A DNA stretch of 64,000 nt. Source: Candidatus Methylomirabilia bacterium (GTDB taxonomy: Bacteria > Methylomirabilota > Methylomirabilia > Rokubacteriales > CSP1-6). This document shows positions 25,640 to 35,364 of this stretch, one piece after another. Within the stretch, counting starts at the first letter, position 1. The number at the start of each line of letters is the position of its first letter. The position numbers were made by a program, and so were the translations under genes. The notes below the pieces were generated by a model, which was given only the letters and a program-made list of their open reading frames with translations, was not told where the DNA came from and searched no databases. Location: contig JBGQEL010000012.1 of assembly GCA_041496385.1 (NCBI GenBank), positions 11,409-75,408 of the forward strand. Direction: 5' to 3'.

Positions 25640-26632
25640 ATGAGATCCGCGATCACCGAGATCCTGCTGGCCGGGCCGCGCGGCTTCTGCGCCGGCGTGG
25701 AGCGCGCCATCGACATCGTCGAGCTGGCGCTGTCCCTCTGCCCGCCGCCCGTCTACGTGCGCAAGGAGATCGTCCACAACCGGCTCGTCGTCGACACGCT
25801 GCGCGAGCAGGGGGCGATCTTTGTCGACGAGCTCGACGAGGTTCCGGACGGGGCGACGGTCGTCTTCAGCGCCCACGGCATCTCCCCCGCGGTCCGCGAG
25901 GACGCCCGGCGGCGCGGCCTCCGTGCGATCGACGCCACGTGCCCGCTCGTCACCAAGGTGCACCTCGAGGCGATCCGCTACGCGCGCGAGAACTACTCGA
26001 TCGTCCTCATCGGCCACCAGGACCACGACGAGGTCATCGGCACGCTCGGCGAGGCGCCCGAGCGCATCTTCGTCGTCGCCAGCGCCGCCGAGGCCCAGAA
26101 GCTCGAGGTGCCGGACCCGGACAAGATCGCCTACCTCACCCAGACCACGCTCTCCATCGACGACACGCGCGAGGTCATCGAAGCGCTCCGGCACCGGTTC
26201 CCGAGGATCGTCGGCCCGTCGCGCGACGACATCTGCTACGCGACGCAGAACCGGCAGGCCGCGGTCAAGCGGCTCGCGAACGACGTCGACCTGCTGCTCG
26301 TGATCGGGTCGGCCAACAGCTCGAACGCCATCCGGCTGGTGGAGGTGGCCCGGACCGCGGGCACGCGCGCCTACCTCATCAACGACGTGCGCGACATCCG
26401 GCCGGACTGGCTGGCGGGCGTGGGGCGGGTCGGCGTCACGGCCGGCGCCTCGACGCCCGAGGTCCTCGTGAGCGAGACCGTCGCGGCGCTCCGCGGGAGC
26501 GACGTGTCCGTGCGCGAGGTCCACGTGGTCGAGGAAGACGTGCGCTTCGCGCTGCCCCAGGAACTCGACAAGATCGCGCGCGAGCGCGGTGTGCCCCTGC
26601 CGTCCCGGGACGCGATGCGCCGCTCGCTCTAG
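25640..26632 (+). CDS. ispH: 4-hydroxy-3-methylbut-2-enyl diphosphate reductase
   Basis: 330 aa; LytB/IspH motifs (GFCAGVERAI, three conserved Cys regions); 13 nt after the PagL-like gene. Confidence 0.9.
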   Translation: MRSAITEILLAGPRGFCAGVERAIDIVELALSLCPPPVYVRKEIVHNRLVVDTLREQGAIFVDELDEVPDGATVVFSAHGISPAVREDARRRGLRAIDATCPLVTKVHLEAIRYARENYSIVLIGHQDHDEVIGTLGEAPERIFVVASAAEAQKLEVPDPDKIAYLTQTTLSIDDTREVIEALRHRFPRIVGPSRDDICYATQNRQAAVKRLANDVDLLLVIGSANSSNAIRLVEVARTAGTRAYLINDVRDIRPDWLAGVGRVGVTAGASTPEVLVSETVAALRGSDVSVREVHVVEEDVRFALPQELDKIARERGVPLPSRDAMRRSL

Positions 26633-26736
26633 CGCAGTGCGAGGTGAGGCCGGTCGTCGGCCGAGCCGAGCGGTGAAATGGTTCTGAGATCGGCGGTGCG
26701 GACGGCGCGGGCGCCGCTGCCGTGCTGGAGGAACCC

Positions 26737-27099
26737 ATGACCTCGAAATGCAACCTGACGGCGTGCGCGCTCGCGGCGGTCGTCGTCGCGGCCGTCCTGC
26801 TCGCCGGCGCCGACGGCGGGGCGCAGAACGTCGCCGAGAAGCTCCTGCTCGACAACGAGCAGGTCATGGTGCTCGAGTTCGTCTTCCCGCCCGGGTTCCG
26901 CGGCGACGAGCACGCGGCCGTCGCCAACGAGTTCGCCTACGTCCTCGAGGGCGAGTTCGCGGTCGTCACGCGCGGGCGGGGCAAGCGGGTGGTCAGGCCG
27001 GGCGAGATCGAGTACGCCGCCAAGGGCACGATCCACCAGTCGCTGAACGAGACGAAGAAGCCCGCGCGGGTCCTCGTCGTGCTCGTCAAGGACCGCTGA
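26737..27099 (+). CDS. secreted cupin-domain protein
   Basis: ORF 26722..27099; signal peptide from ATG 26737 (MTSKCNLTACALAAVVVAAVLLAGA) preceded by GGAGGA; small cupin barrel motifs. Confidence 0.5.
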   Translation: MTSKCNLTACALAAVVVAAVLLAGADGGAQNVAEKLLLDNEQVMVLEFVFPPGFRGDEHAAVANEFAYVLEGEFAVVTRGRGKRVVRPGEIEYAAKGTIHQSLNETKKPARVLVVLVKDR

Positions 27100-27102
27100 G
27101 CC

Positions 27103-28044
27103 ATGCGGCTCGTGACCTATCGCAAGGGCTCCTCGAACCCCCGGGTCGGCGCCGTGGTCGGGGACGCCGTGTTCGATCTCGCCGCCCTCGCCGCCGACCT
27201 CGCGCGGGAGCGCGGGAGCGTGCGCCACGGCCGCGGCGGGTTTCCCCGGAGCATGCACGAGCTGATCGCGGGCGGCGCCCAGACGCTGGCCGCGGCCCGC
27301 GAGGCGGCCGCCCACGGCGAGGCGGTGCAGAAGCGCCAGGGCCTCGACGCGCTCGCCGCGCAGAAGCTCGGGCAGGCACTCGCCCGGGCGCGGCTCGAGG
27401 CGCCGATCCCGCGGCCCCACCGCAACGTCTTCTGCCTCGGCCGCAACTACAAGGAGCACGCCGCCGAGCGGGGCGCCGAGGCGCCGCCGCATCCCGTCTA
27501 CTTCACCAAGGCGCCCGAGTGCGTGCTGGCGCCCGGCGGCCCCATCGTCCACCACGCGGTCACGAAGGAGCTCGACTACGAGGTCGAGCTGGCGGTGATC
27601 ATCGGGTCGGCCGGACGCGACATCGCGCGGGCGGACGCGCTCGCGCACGTCTTCGGCTACACGGTCGTCAACGACGTGACCGCGCGGGACTTACAGAAGC
27701 GCCACGGGCAGTGGTTCAAGGGCAAGTCGCTCGACACCTTCTGCCCGATGGGCCCGGCGCTCGTCACCGCCGACGAGATCCCCGATCCGCAGGCGCTGGC
27801 GATCGCGCTCCGCGTGAACGGCGAGACGCGGCAATCGAGCCACACCTCGAAGATGATCTTCCCGGTGGACGAGTGCATCGCGGTGCTCTCGCAGGGGTTC
27901 ACGCTCCTGCCCGGCGACGTCATCGCCACCGGCACGCCCGAGGGCGTGGGCGCCGCGCTCGGCAAGTTCCTCAAGGCCGGGGACCGGCTCGAGGCCGAGG
28001 TCGAGAAGATCGGCGTGCTCGCGAACCGCGTCGTCGCGCCCTGA
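27103..28044 (+). CDS. fumarylacetoacetate hydrolase (FAH) family protein
   Basis: 313 aa; FAH-fold C-terminal motifs (YEVELAVIIG, GDVIATGTPEGVG). Confidence 0.75.
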   Translation: MRLVTYRKGSSNPRVGAVVGDAVFDLAALAADLARERGSVRHGRGGFPRSMHELIAGGAQTLAAAREAAAHGEAVQKRQGLDALAAQKLGQALARARLEAPIPRPHRNVFCLGRNYKEHAAERGAEAPPHPVYFTKAPECVLAPGGPIVHHAVTKELDYEVELAVIIGSAGRDIARADALAHVFGYTVVNDVTARDLQKRHGQWFKGKSLDTFCPMGPALVTADEIPDPQALAIALRVNGETRQSSHTSKMIFPVDECIAVLSQGFTLLPGDVIATGTPEGVGAALGKFLKAGDRLEAEVEKIGVLANRVVAP

Positions 28045-28063
28045 GGCCCGGCGGGGGAGCCCG

Positions 28064-29299
28064 ATGAGCTTCGTCAGCCACGTCGAGTGCACCGTCTGCG
28101 GCCACCGTCACGAGCCCAAGCGCCTGCTGACGACCTGCGAGACGTGCGGCCAGATGCTGGCCGTACGCTACGACCTCGAGCGCCTGCGCGCGCGCGTCAC
28201 CCGGGACACGCTGGCGTCGCGGCCGCCCGGCATGTACCGCTTCCGCGAATTGACCCCGCTCGACGACCGCGAGGAACCCGTCACGCTCGGCGAGGGCGGC
28301 ACGCCGCTCCTGCTACTGCCCCGGCTCGCCGGCCACCTCGGCATGCGGCGGCTCTGGGCGAAGGACGAGGGCCAGAACCCGACCGGCTCGTTCAAGGCGC
28401 GCGGCCTGGGCATGGCCATCACACGGTCGAAGACGCTCGGCGCGACGGGCTTCGTGATCCCGTCGGCCGGCAACGCGGGCGGCGCCGCCGCCGCGTACGC
28501 GGCGCGCTGCGGCCTGCCGTGCGTGGTCATCGTGCCCCGCTCGACGCCGCCGGCGGCGATCGCCGAGGCGCTCGTCGCGGGCGCGCACGTGTTCACGATC
28601 GAGGGCTCGATCGCGACGGCGGGGCGCGTCGCGGCGAAGGCGGCGCCGGCGCTCGGCTGGTTCGACCTCTCGACGCTGAAGGAGCCGTACCGGCTCGAGG
28701 GCAAGAAGACGATCGGCCTCGAGCTCGCCGAGCAGCTCGGCTGGCGGATGCCCGACGTGCTGCTCTATCCGACCGGCGGCGGCACCGGGCTCGTCGGCAT
28801 TCCCAAGGGGTACGAGGAGCTCCGCGCGCTGGGCTGGCTCGCGGGTTCGCTCCCGCGCGTGTACGCCGTGCAGGCCGACGGCTGCGCGCCCGTGGTGAAG
28901 GCGTTCCGCGAGGGCGCCGAGACGACCGCGGCGTTGGAGAACCCGACGACGCACGCCGCCGGCCTGCGCGTGCCGTCGCCGTTCGCCGGCCGCCAGATGC
29001 TGCGCGTGCTCCGCGAGACGCGCGGCGGCGCCGTCGCGGTGAGCGAGGGCGAGATCGCGCAGGCCCACGGCCTCGTCGGGCGCGTCGAGGGGATCTGGAC
29101 CTCGCCGGAGTCGGCGGCACTCGTGGCCGCCCTCCTGCGGCTCCGCGACGCGGGAGAGGTCGCGCGCGACGCCGAGGTGATGCTCGTCTTCACCGGGACG
29201 GGGTTCAAGTACGCGCCGCCGCCGCTCCCGGCGCCGACCCACCTCGAGGGCACGGACGAGGAGGTCCTCGCACGGGTGCGGCGCGTCGTCCGCCCCTAG
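28064..29299 (+). CDS. threonine synthase-family PLP enzyme with N-terminal Zn-ribbon (CTVCG...CETCG)
   Basis: 411 aa; PLP-lysine region (NPTGSFKARG), fold-type II PLP enzyme; archaeal-type threonine synthase/cysteate synthase-like. Cannot be discriminated by eye. Confidence 0.7.
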   Translation: MSFVSHVECTVCGHRHEPKRLLTTCETCGQMLAVRYDLERLRARVTRDTLASRPPGMYRFRELTPLDDREEPVTLGEGGTPLLLLPRLAGHLGMRRLWAKDEGQNPTGSFKARGLGMAITRSKTLGATGFVIPSAGNAGGAAAAYAARCGLPCVVIVPRSTPPAAIAEALVAGAHVFTIEGSIATAGRVAAKAAPALGWFDLSTLKEPYRLEGKKTIGLELAEQLGWRMPDVLLYPTGGGTGLVGIPKGYEELRALGWLAGSLPRVYAVQADGCAPVVKAFREGAETTAALENPTTHAAGLRVPSPFAGRQMLRVLRETRGGAVAVSEGEIAQAHGLVGRVEGIWTSPESAALVAALLRLRDAGEVARDAEVMLVFTGTGFKYAPPPLPAPTHLEGTDEEVLARVRRVVRP

Positions 29300-29354
29300 G
29301 CTCCTGTGGTAGGATGACCGGCACCGCGAGAGGCCGTTCTCAGGAGGCCGGTCA

Positions 29355-31439
29355 ATGACGATCGAAGTCGGCAAGATCCGAAACGTCGGCGTCGTCGGGC
29401 ACGGCGGTGTCGGCAAGACATCCCTCGTCGAAGCGCTCCTCTTCTCCGCCGGTGCCGTGACGCGTCTCGGGAAGGTGGACGACGGCTCGACGACGACGGA
29501 CTTCGACCCCGACGAGATCAAGCGGAAGATCTCGATCAACACCTCGATCGCCTACCTCGACTGGAAGGGCCACCGCGTCAATCTCGTGGACACGCCGGGG
29601 TACGGCGATTTCATCGCCGACGCCCGGGCGGGCCTGCGCGTCGTCGAGGCGGCCGTCGTCGTCGTGGACGCCGTCGCGGGGGTCCAGGTGCAGACCGAGA
29701 AGGTCTGGAAGTTCGCGAACGAGTACAACCTGCCGCGCGTGGTCGTCGTGAACCGGCTCGACCGCGAGCGCGCCGACTTCTACCGGACCTTCGAATCGAT
29801 CGCCCGGCGTCTCAAGGGACGCCTGGTCGCGCTCCAGATCCCCCTCGGCGAGGAGGCCGGCTTCAAGGGCGCGGTGGATCTCGTGAGGATGAAGGCGGTC
29901 ACCTACGCGGGCGGCAAGCCCACCGAGGGCGAGATCCCCGGCGACGTCTCCGACCGGGTGAAGGAGTACCGGGAGAAGCTCGTCGAGGCCGTGGCGGAGA
30001 CCGACGACGACCTCCTGAGCAAGTACCTCGAGGAGGGCTCGCTCGGCGAGCCCGAGATGCTGAAGGCGCTCCGGGCGGGCATCGCGCAGGGCAAGCTCGT
30101 GCCGGCCCTCTGCACGGCGGCCGCGAAGAACATGGGGAGCACCGCGCTGCTCGACCTCATCGTCGACGCGCTCCCGTCGCCGGCCGACCGGGGCGAGGTG
30201 GCGGGGACGGACCTCAAGACCAAGCAGGCGGGCACGCGCGGGCCCGATCCCAAGGCGCCCGTAACGGCGCTCGTCTTCAAGACGCTCGCCGATCCGCACA
30301 TCGGCAAGCTCTCGCTCTTCCGCGTCATGAGCGGCACGCTCCGCGCCGACTCGACGCTGCTCAACCCCCTTCGCGGCGCGAAGGAGCGCATGGGGCACGT
30401 CTCCTGGCTCCAGGGCAAGACCCAGAAGAACGTCGAGGCGCTCGGCCCCGGCGAGATCGGCGTCGCGCAGAAGCTGAAGGAGACGCAGACGGGGGACACG
30501 CTCGGCGACGAGGCGCACCCCTTCGAGCTGCCGCGGATCACGTTTCCCGAGGCGGCGATCTCGTTCGCGATCCAGCCGAAGACGCGCGGCGACGAGGACA
30601 AGATCTCGACCGCGCTGGCGCGCATCGCCGAGGAGGATCCGACCGTCCACTACCACTTCGACCCCGAGACGAAGCAGCTCCTCGTCTCGGGCGTCGGGAG
30701 CCTCCACGTCGAGATGGTCGTGGAGCGCATGAAGCGGAAGTACAACGTGGACGTCAACCTCCTGCCGCCGCGCATCCCCTACAAGGAGACGGTGAAGGGG
30801 CGTGCCGAGGGGCAGGGGAAGTACAAGAAGCAGACGGGCGGCCGTGGCCAGTACGGCGACACCTGGCTGCGCGTCGAGCCCCTCCCGCGGAGCGGCGGCT
30901 TCGAGTTCGTGGACGACATCTTCGGCGGCTCCATCCCGCGCAACTTCATCCCCTCGGTCGAGAAGGGCGTCCGCGACTGCATGAAGCGCGGCATCCTCGC
31001 CGGCTACCCGATCGTGGACTTGAAGGTGACGCTCTACGACGGCTCGTACCACGACGTCGACTCCTCGGACATGGCGTTCCAGATCGCGGCCTCGATGGGG
31101 CTCCAGAAGGTGTTCGTGGAGGCCCACCCGATCCTGCTCGAGCCCATCATGAACGTCGAAGTGACGACGCCCGCCGACCACGCGGGCGACGTGATCGGCG
31201 ACCTGAACTCCCGGCGCGGGCGCATCGTGGGGATGGAGCCGGCGGGCGAGACCGCGCTCGTGCGGGCCGTGGTCCCGATGGCCGAGATGCTGACCTACGA
31301 GTCCTCCCTGCGCTCGATGACGGGCGGCCGCGGCGGCTACGCGATGGAGTTCTCGCACTACGAGGAGGTGCCCGCCTTCATCGCCGACAAGGTGATCAAG
31401 GAGGCGAAGGCCGAGAAGGAGCGGGCGGAGAAGCACTAG
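29355..31439 (+). CDS. elongation factor G-family GTPase (EF-G paralog, not in str operon context)
   Basis: 694 aa; G1 GHGGVGKTS, G3 DTPG, full EF-G domain order; strong GGAGG RBS. Confidence 0.8.
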   Translation: MTIEVGKIRNVGVVGHGGVGKTSLVEALLFSAGAVTRLGKVDDGSTTTDFDPDEIKRKISINTSIAYLDWKGHRVNLVDTPGYGDFIADARAGLRVVEAAVVVVDAVAGVQVQTEKVWKFANEYNLPRVVVVNRLDRERADFYRTFESIARRLKGRLVALQIPLGEEAGFKGAVDLVRMKAVTYAGGKPTEGEIPGDVSDRVKEYREKLVEAVAETDDDLLSKYLEEGSLGEPEMLKALRAGIAQGKLVPALCTAAAKNMGSTALLDLIVDALPSPADRGEVAGTDLKTKQAGTRGPDPKAPVTALVFKTLADPHIGKLSLFRVMSGTLRADSTLLNPLRGAKERMGHVSWLQGKTQKNVEALGPGEIGVAQKLKETQTGDTLGDEAHPFELPRITFPEAAISFAIQPKTRGDEDKISTALARIAEEDPTVHYHFDPETKQLLVSGVGSLHVEMVVERMKRKYNVDVNLLPPRIPYKETVKGRAEGQGKYKKQTGGRGQYGDTWLRVEPLPRSGGFEFVDDIFGGSIPRNFIPSVEKGVRDCMKRGILAGYPIVDLKVTLYDGSYHDVDSSDMAFQIAASMGLQKVFVEAHPILLEPIMNVEVTTPADHAGDVIGDLNSRRGRIVGMEPAGETALVRAVVPMAEMLTYESSLRSMTGGRGGYAMEFSHYEEVPAFIADKVIKEAKAEKERAEKH

Positions 31440-31477
31440 GGGCGGCGGCGCCTCCGCCGTAGAATAGGAGCGCCGGG

Positions 31478-32878
31478 ATGATCTTCCAGCAGATCGTGAA
31501 CGAAGAGTCCGGGTGCCTCTCCTACCTGATCGGCTGCGCCGAGGCCGGCCGGGCCGTCGTCATCGATCCGGGCCGCGACCGGGTCCACGAGTACCTGCGC
31601 CTCGCCGGGAAGAAGGGCCTCGCGATCAGCCACATCCTCGAGACCCACACGCACGCCGACCACATCTCCGGGAATCGCGACCTCGCGCAGGCCGCGCGCG
31701 CGTCCATCCTGGTCCACCGCGCCGCGGGGGTCACGTTCGAGCACGAGGACGTGAGCGACGGCGACGAGATCAGGATCGGCAACGTGCGCCTCACCGTCGC
31801 CCACACGCCGGGCCACACGCCCGACTCGATCTGTCTCCTGGTCACCGACCTCTCGCGCGGTGAGGCGCCGTGGTTCGTCCTGACGGGCGACACGCTGTTC
31901 GTCGGCTCGGTCGGCCGCCCGGACCTCGGCGGCGCGGGCGCGGCCGAGGACACGTGGGAGAGCCTCCGGCGGGTGCTCCTGCCGCTCGGCGACAGCGTCG
32001 AGGTCTATCCGGCGCACGGCGCGGGCTCGGCGTGCGGGCGGGCGATGTCGGCGAAGTCGGGGTCGACGATCGGCTTCGAGCGCCGCTTCAACCCGGCGCT
32101 CCAGCTCCGCGACAAGGCGGCGTTCGTGGACTGGGTCATGCGCGACCTGCCGCCCAAGCCGGCCTCGTTCGACAAGATCGTCGGCAAGAACAAGGGCGTG
32201 ATCCCGCTGCAGTCCGCGAAGCCCCGCCCCTACACGGCGCGCGAGGCGTGGGAGGCCGTGCGGCGAGGCGAGATCGTGCTGGACCTGCGCGACCCCGGCG
32301 CCTACGGCGACATGCACATTCCCGGCGCGATCAACGTCTGGGTCGAGAGCCCGCAGTTCGCCGAGCGCGTGGCGGGGATGGTCCCGGCGGGCGTGCCCCT
32401 GCTGCTGCTCGTCGCCGGGCCCTCGGATCTCGAGCGCGCCGTCCAGGCGCTCTCGCGCGTCGGTATCGACGAGATCGCCGGCTTCCTCCAGTGGGGGATG
32501 ATCGACTGGAAGAGCGACGGGCTCCCCGTCGAGTCGGTCCCGCAGATCACGGTGCACGAGCTCCTCGAGTGGCTCGAGCAGGGCCGCGACGTCGCCGTCA
32601 TCGACGTGCGCGAGCCGGCCGAGTGGCTCGACGGCCACATCGAGGGCGCCCTGCACCTGCCGATGCTCGAGGCGGCGGCGCGGCGCGGCGAGGTGCCGGC
32701 CGAGCGGCCGAAGGCGGTCCTCTGCGCCGGCGGCCTCCGCTCGAGCACGACGATCAGCGCGCTCAAGCGCCACGGCATCGGCAACTGGTTCAACGTCACG
32801 GGGGGGATGGCGGCGTGGCTGAAGTCCAGCTATCCCGTCGTGCGCCCCGCCGCGGCCTCGCCGTCCACCCCGAAGTGA
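31478..32878 (+). CDS. persulfide dioxygenase-rhodanese fusion (ETHE1-like MBL domain plus two rhodanese domains, CstB-like)
   Basis: 466 aa; HTHADH MBL motif; C-terminal rhodanese active-site CAGGLRS. Confidence 0.7.
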   Translation: MIFQQIVNEESGCLSYLIGCAEAGRAVVIDPGRDRVHEYLRLAGKKGLAISHILETHTHADHISGNRDLAQAARASILVHRAAGVTFEHEDVSDGDEIRIGNVRLTVAHTPGHTPDSICLLVTDLSRGEAPWFVLTGDTLFVGSVGRPDLGGAGAAEDTWESLRRVLLPLGDSVEVYPAHGAGSACGRAMSAKSGSTIGFERRFNPALQLRDKAAFVDWVMRDLPPKPASFDKIVGKNKGVIPLQSAKPRPYTAREAWEAVRRGEIVLDLRDPGAYGDMHIPGAINVWVESPQFAERVAGMVPAGVPLLLLVAGPSDLERAVQALSRVGIDEIAGFLQWGMIDWKSDGLPVESVPQITVHELLEWLEQGRDVAVIDVREPAEWLDGHIEGALHLPMLEAAARRGEVPAERPKAVLCAGGLRSSTTISALKRHGIGNWFNVTGGMAAWLKSSYPVVRPAAASPSTPK

Positions 32879-32885
32879 TCGGCTG

Positions 32886-34052
32886 ATGGGGCGGTCGCTC
32901 GCGGCGCAGTACGCGGCGCTGTTCGGCCGTCCGTGGGTGGTCTGGGGCTCGGCGGTGCTCGTCGCGACGGTGAACGTCTTCCTCTTCGCCTTCGACCGGC
33001 CGTGGACCGCGTCGGACGGCCTGCGCAACTGGGGCGACTGGATGCTGACCGCGGTCGGCGTCGGGCGGCGCCCCGACCTTCTACCGCCGTGGCTCTACTC
33101 GGGCTCGCTCCTCAACGGAGGCGTGCTCCTGGGCGGCGCGATCGCCGCGCTCCTCGCGCGCGAGTTCGCCATCCGCGTGCCGGCGCGCGGCGAGCTCGCC
33201 AAGGGCGCGGCCGGGGGGCTCCTGATGGGCGTCGGCGCCGTGCTCGCTTTCGGCTGCAACATCGGCGGGTTCTTCTCGGCGACGAGCGCGCTCTCGCTCT
33301 CGGGGCTGGGGATGATGCTGGGCCTCGGCGCCGGCGCCTTTCTCGGCCTGCGCTACCTCCTGTGGGAGATGGAGCACCGGCCCGACTGGTCGCGGGGCGG
33401 CGGGCGCGCCTGGCTCCGGTCCGCGGATGCCGCGGCGAGCCGCCAGCCCTGGGCGGGGACGCTGCTCCTCGTGCTGGTCCTCGCGGCGCCCTTCCTCTAC
33501 GCGCGGGCGGGCTACGCGGCGCAGGGCGTGTTCCTGCTCTTCGGCGCGGCGTTCGGCGTCATCTTCCAGCGCTCGCGATTCTGCCTGGTGCGCGCGTTCC
33601 GCGAGCCCTTCATGACGGGCGACGCCGAGCACACGCGCGCCGCGGCGCTGGCGCTGGTGGTGTCGACGCTCGGCTTCGCGATCCTGAAATTCGCCGACCT
33701 CAAGGACAAGAACGAGTGGGTGTTCCCCGCCGCCGGCGCGGGCGCGCTCGCGGGCGGGCTCGCGTTCGGCGCCGGCATGACGCTCGCGGGCGGCTGCGGC
33801 GCCGGCTCGATCTGGCGCGCCGGCGAGGGCCAGGTGAAGCTCTGGGCCGCCGTGCTGTGCTTCGCGCTCGGCGCGTCGGCGACGCGGCTGGCCGCCGCCC
33901 AGACGGGGCTGCTGCAGAAGCTCGGCCTGGCGGTGTTCCTGCCGTCCGTCCTCGGCTGGGGCGCCGCGATCGGATTGATCGTCGCGGTCGCGCTCGCCTG
34001 GGCTATGCTGGCGACCTGGAACGAGGAGACGCGCCGGTTCAGCGCGATCTGA
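32886..34052 (+). CDS. YeeE/YedE family sulfur-compound (thiosulfate) transporter
   Basis: 388 aa; two repeated halves each with the family Cys motif (FGCNIGG and GGCGAGSIW). Confidence 0.7.
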   Translation: MGRSLAAQYAALFGRPWVVWGSAVLVATVNVFLFAFDRPWTASDGLRNWGDWMLTAVGVGRRPDLLPPWLYSGSLLNGGVLLGGAIAALLAREFAIRVPARGELAKGAAGGLLMGVGAVLAFGCNIGGFFSATSALSLSGLGMMLGLGAGAFLGLRYLLWEMEHRPDWSRGGGRAWLRSADAAASRQPWAGTLLLVLVLAAPFLYARAGYAAQGVFLLFGAAFGVIFQRSRFCLVRAFREPFMTGDAEHTRAAALALVVSTLGFAILKFADLKDKNEWVFPAAGAGALAGGLAFGAGMTLAGGCGAGSIWRAGEGQVKLWAAVLCFALGASATRLAAAQTGLLQKLGLAVFLPSVLGWGAAIGLIVAVALAWAMLATWNEETRRFSAI

Positions 34053-34086
34053 GCGCGCGCGCCGCGCGCATTCAGCGGAGGCCGCG

Positions 34087-35343
34087 ATGACGGAGTTCAC
34101 GCGCAGAGGGTTCCTCAGGGCGTCGGGGACCGGGCTCGGGCTGCTCGCCGCGGGCTGTGCCCGCGCGATGACGGGCGACTTCGCGCCGAAGAGCGGCCGG
34201 CGGGTCGTCGTGATCGGCGGCGGCTGGGGCGGCGCGACCGCGGCCAAGTACGTCCGGCTCGCGGATCCCACGATCGACGTCGTCCTGCTCGAGCCGAACC
34301 GCCAGTTCGTCTCCTGCCCGTTCAGCAACCTGGTCCTCTCCGGCGTTCGGACCATGGACAGCATCACCTTCGGCTACGGCGGGCTCAGGCGGCGCGGCGT
34401 CCGCGTCATCCACGAAATGGCGACGGCGATCGAGCCGGACGCCCGGCGGGTCCGCGTGGGCGAGGGCTACCTCCAGTACGACCGCCTGATCGTCTCGCCC
34501 GGCGTCGAGTTCCAGACCGAGCAGGTCGAGGGCCTCGCCCAGGCGGGCAACCAGGTCCTGCACGCGTGGAAGGCGGGGCCGCAGACGGCGGAGCTCGCGC
34601 GGCGGCTCCAGGCGATGCCCGACGGCGGCGTCTTCGTCCTCACCGTGCCGCCGGTCGCCTACCGCTGCCCGCCCGGTCCGTACGAGCGCGCCTGCCAGGT
34701 CGCCTGGTACCTCAAGAACGCCAAGCCCCGCGCGAAGCTGATCGTCCTCGACGCCAACCAGAACATCGTCTCGAAGACGGCGCTGTTCCGGGCGGCCTGG
34801 CAGGCGTACCCGAACCTCGAGTACCGCGCCTCCAGCAAGGTCTCTAAGGTGGACCCGGGCGCGCGCGAGGTGACGACCGAGTTCGGCGACAAGGTCAAGT
34901 ACGACGTCGTCAACCTCATCCCGCCCCAGCGCGCGGGGACGATCGCGGTCCAGGCCGATCTCGTCGGCGCCGACAAGCGCTGGTGCGAGGTCAACCACGT
35001 CACCTACGAGTCGGCGAAGCAGAAGGGCGTGCACGTGATCGGCGACGCGACGATCGGGCTGCCGGTGCCGAAGTCGGGGAACGTCGCGAACGCCATGGGC
35101 AAGATCTCGGCGCTCGCCGTGGTCCAGCTCCTGAACGGCCGGGAGCCGCAGCAGCTCGCGCCCGGCAACACCTGCTACAGCTGGGTGAACGACAAGGAAG
35201 CGATCGCGGTCGTCAATGCGTACAAGATCGAGGGCGGCAAGGTCGTGCAGATCGAGCAGAAGCTCACCCCGGGCCAGTCCGAGCAGTGGGGGCAGAACGC
35301 GATCGGGTGGGCGACCAGCATCTGGAACGACGTGCTCGGTTAG
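34087..35343 (+). CDS. fccB: flavocytochrome c sulfide dehydrogenase flavoprotein subunit
   Basis: 418 aa; Tat signal TRRGFLRASG; FAD-binding VVVIGGGWGG; FccB/SoxF-like. Confidence 0.7.
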   Translation: MTEFTRRGFLRASGTGLGLLAAGCARAMTGDFAPKSGRRVVVIGGGWGGATAAKYVRLADPTIDVVLLEPNRQFVSCPFSNLVLSGVRTMDSITFGYGGLRRRGVRVIHEMATAIEPDARRVRVGEGYLQYDRLIVSPGVEFQTEQVEGLAQAGNQVLHAWKAGPQTAELARRLQAMPDGGVFVLTVPPVAYRCPPGPYERACQVAWYLKNAKPRAKLIVLDANQNIVSKTALFRAAWQAYPNLEYRASSKVSKVDPGAREVTTEFGDKVKYDVVNLIPPQRAGTIAVQADLVGADKRWCEVNHVTYESAKQKGVHVIGDATIGLPVPKSGNVANAMGKISALAVVQLLNGREPQQLAPGNTCYSWVNDKEAIAVVNAYKIEGGKVVQIEQKLTPGQSEQWGQNAIGWATSIWNDVLG

Positions 35344-35364
35344 GCCGGCGGAAAGGGAAGCGCG

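Noticed and set aside
29355-31439. Calling this EF-G the housekeeping fusA
   Set aside because: It is not flanked by rpsL/rpsG/tuf and has a variant G1 motif (GHGGVGKTS). It is more likely an EF-G paralog, so no gene symbol was given.
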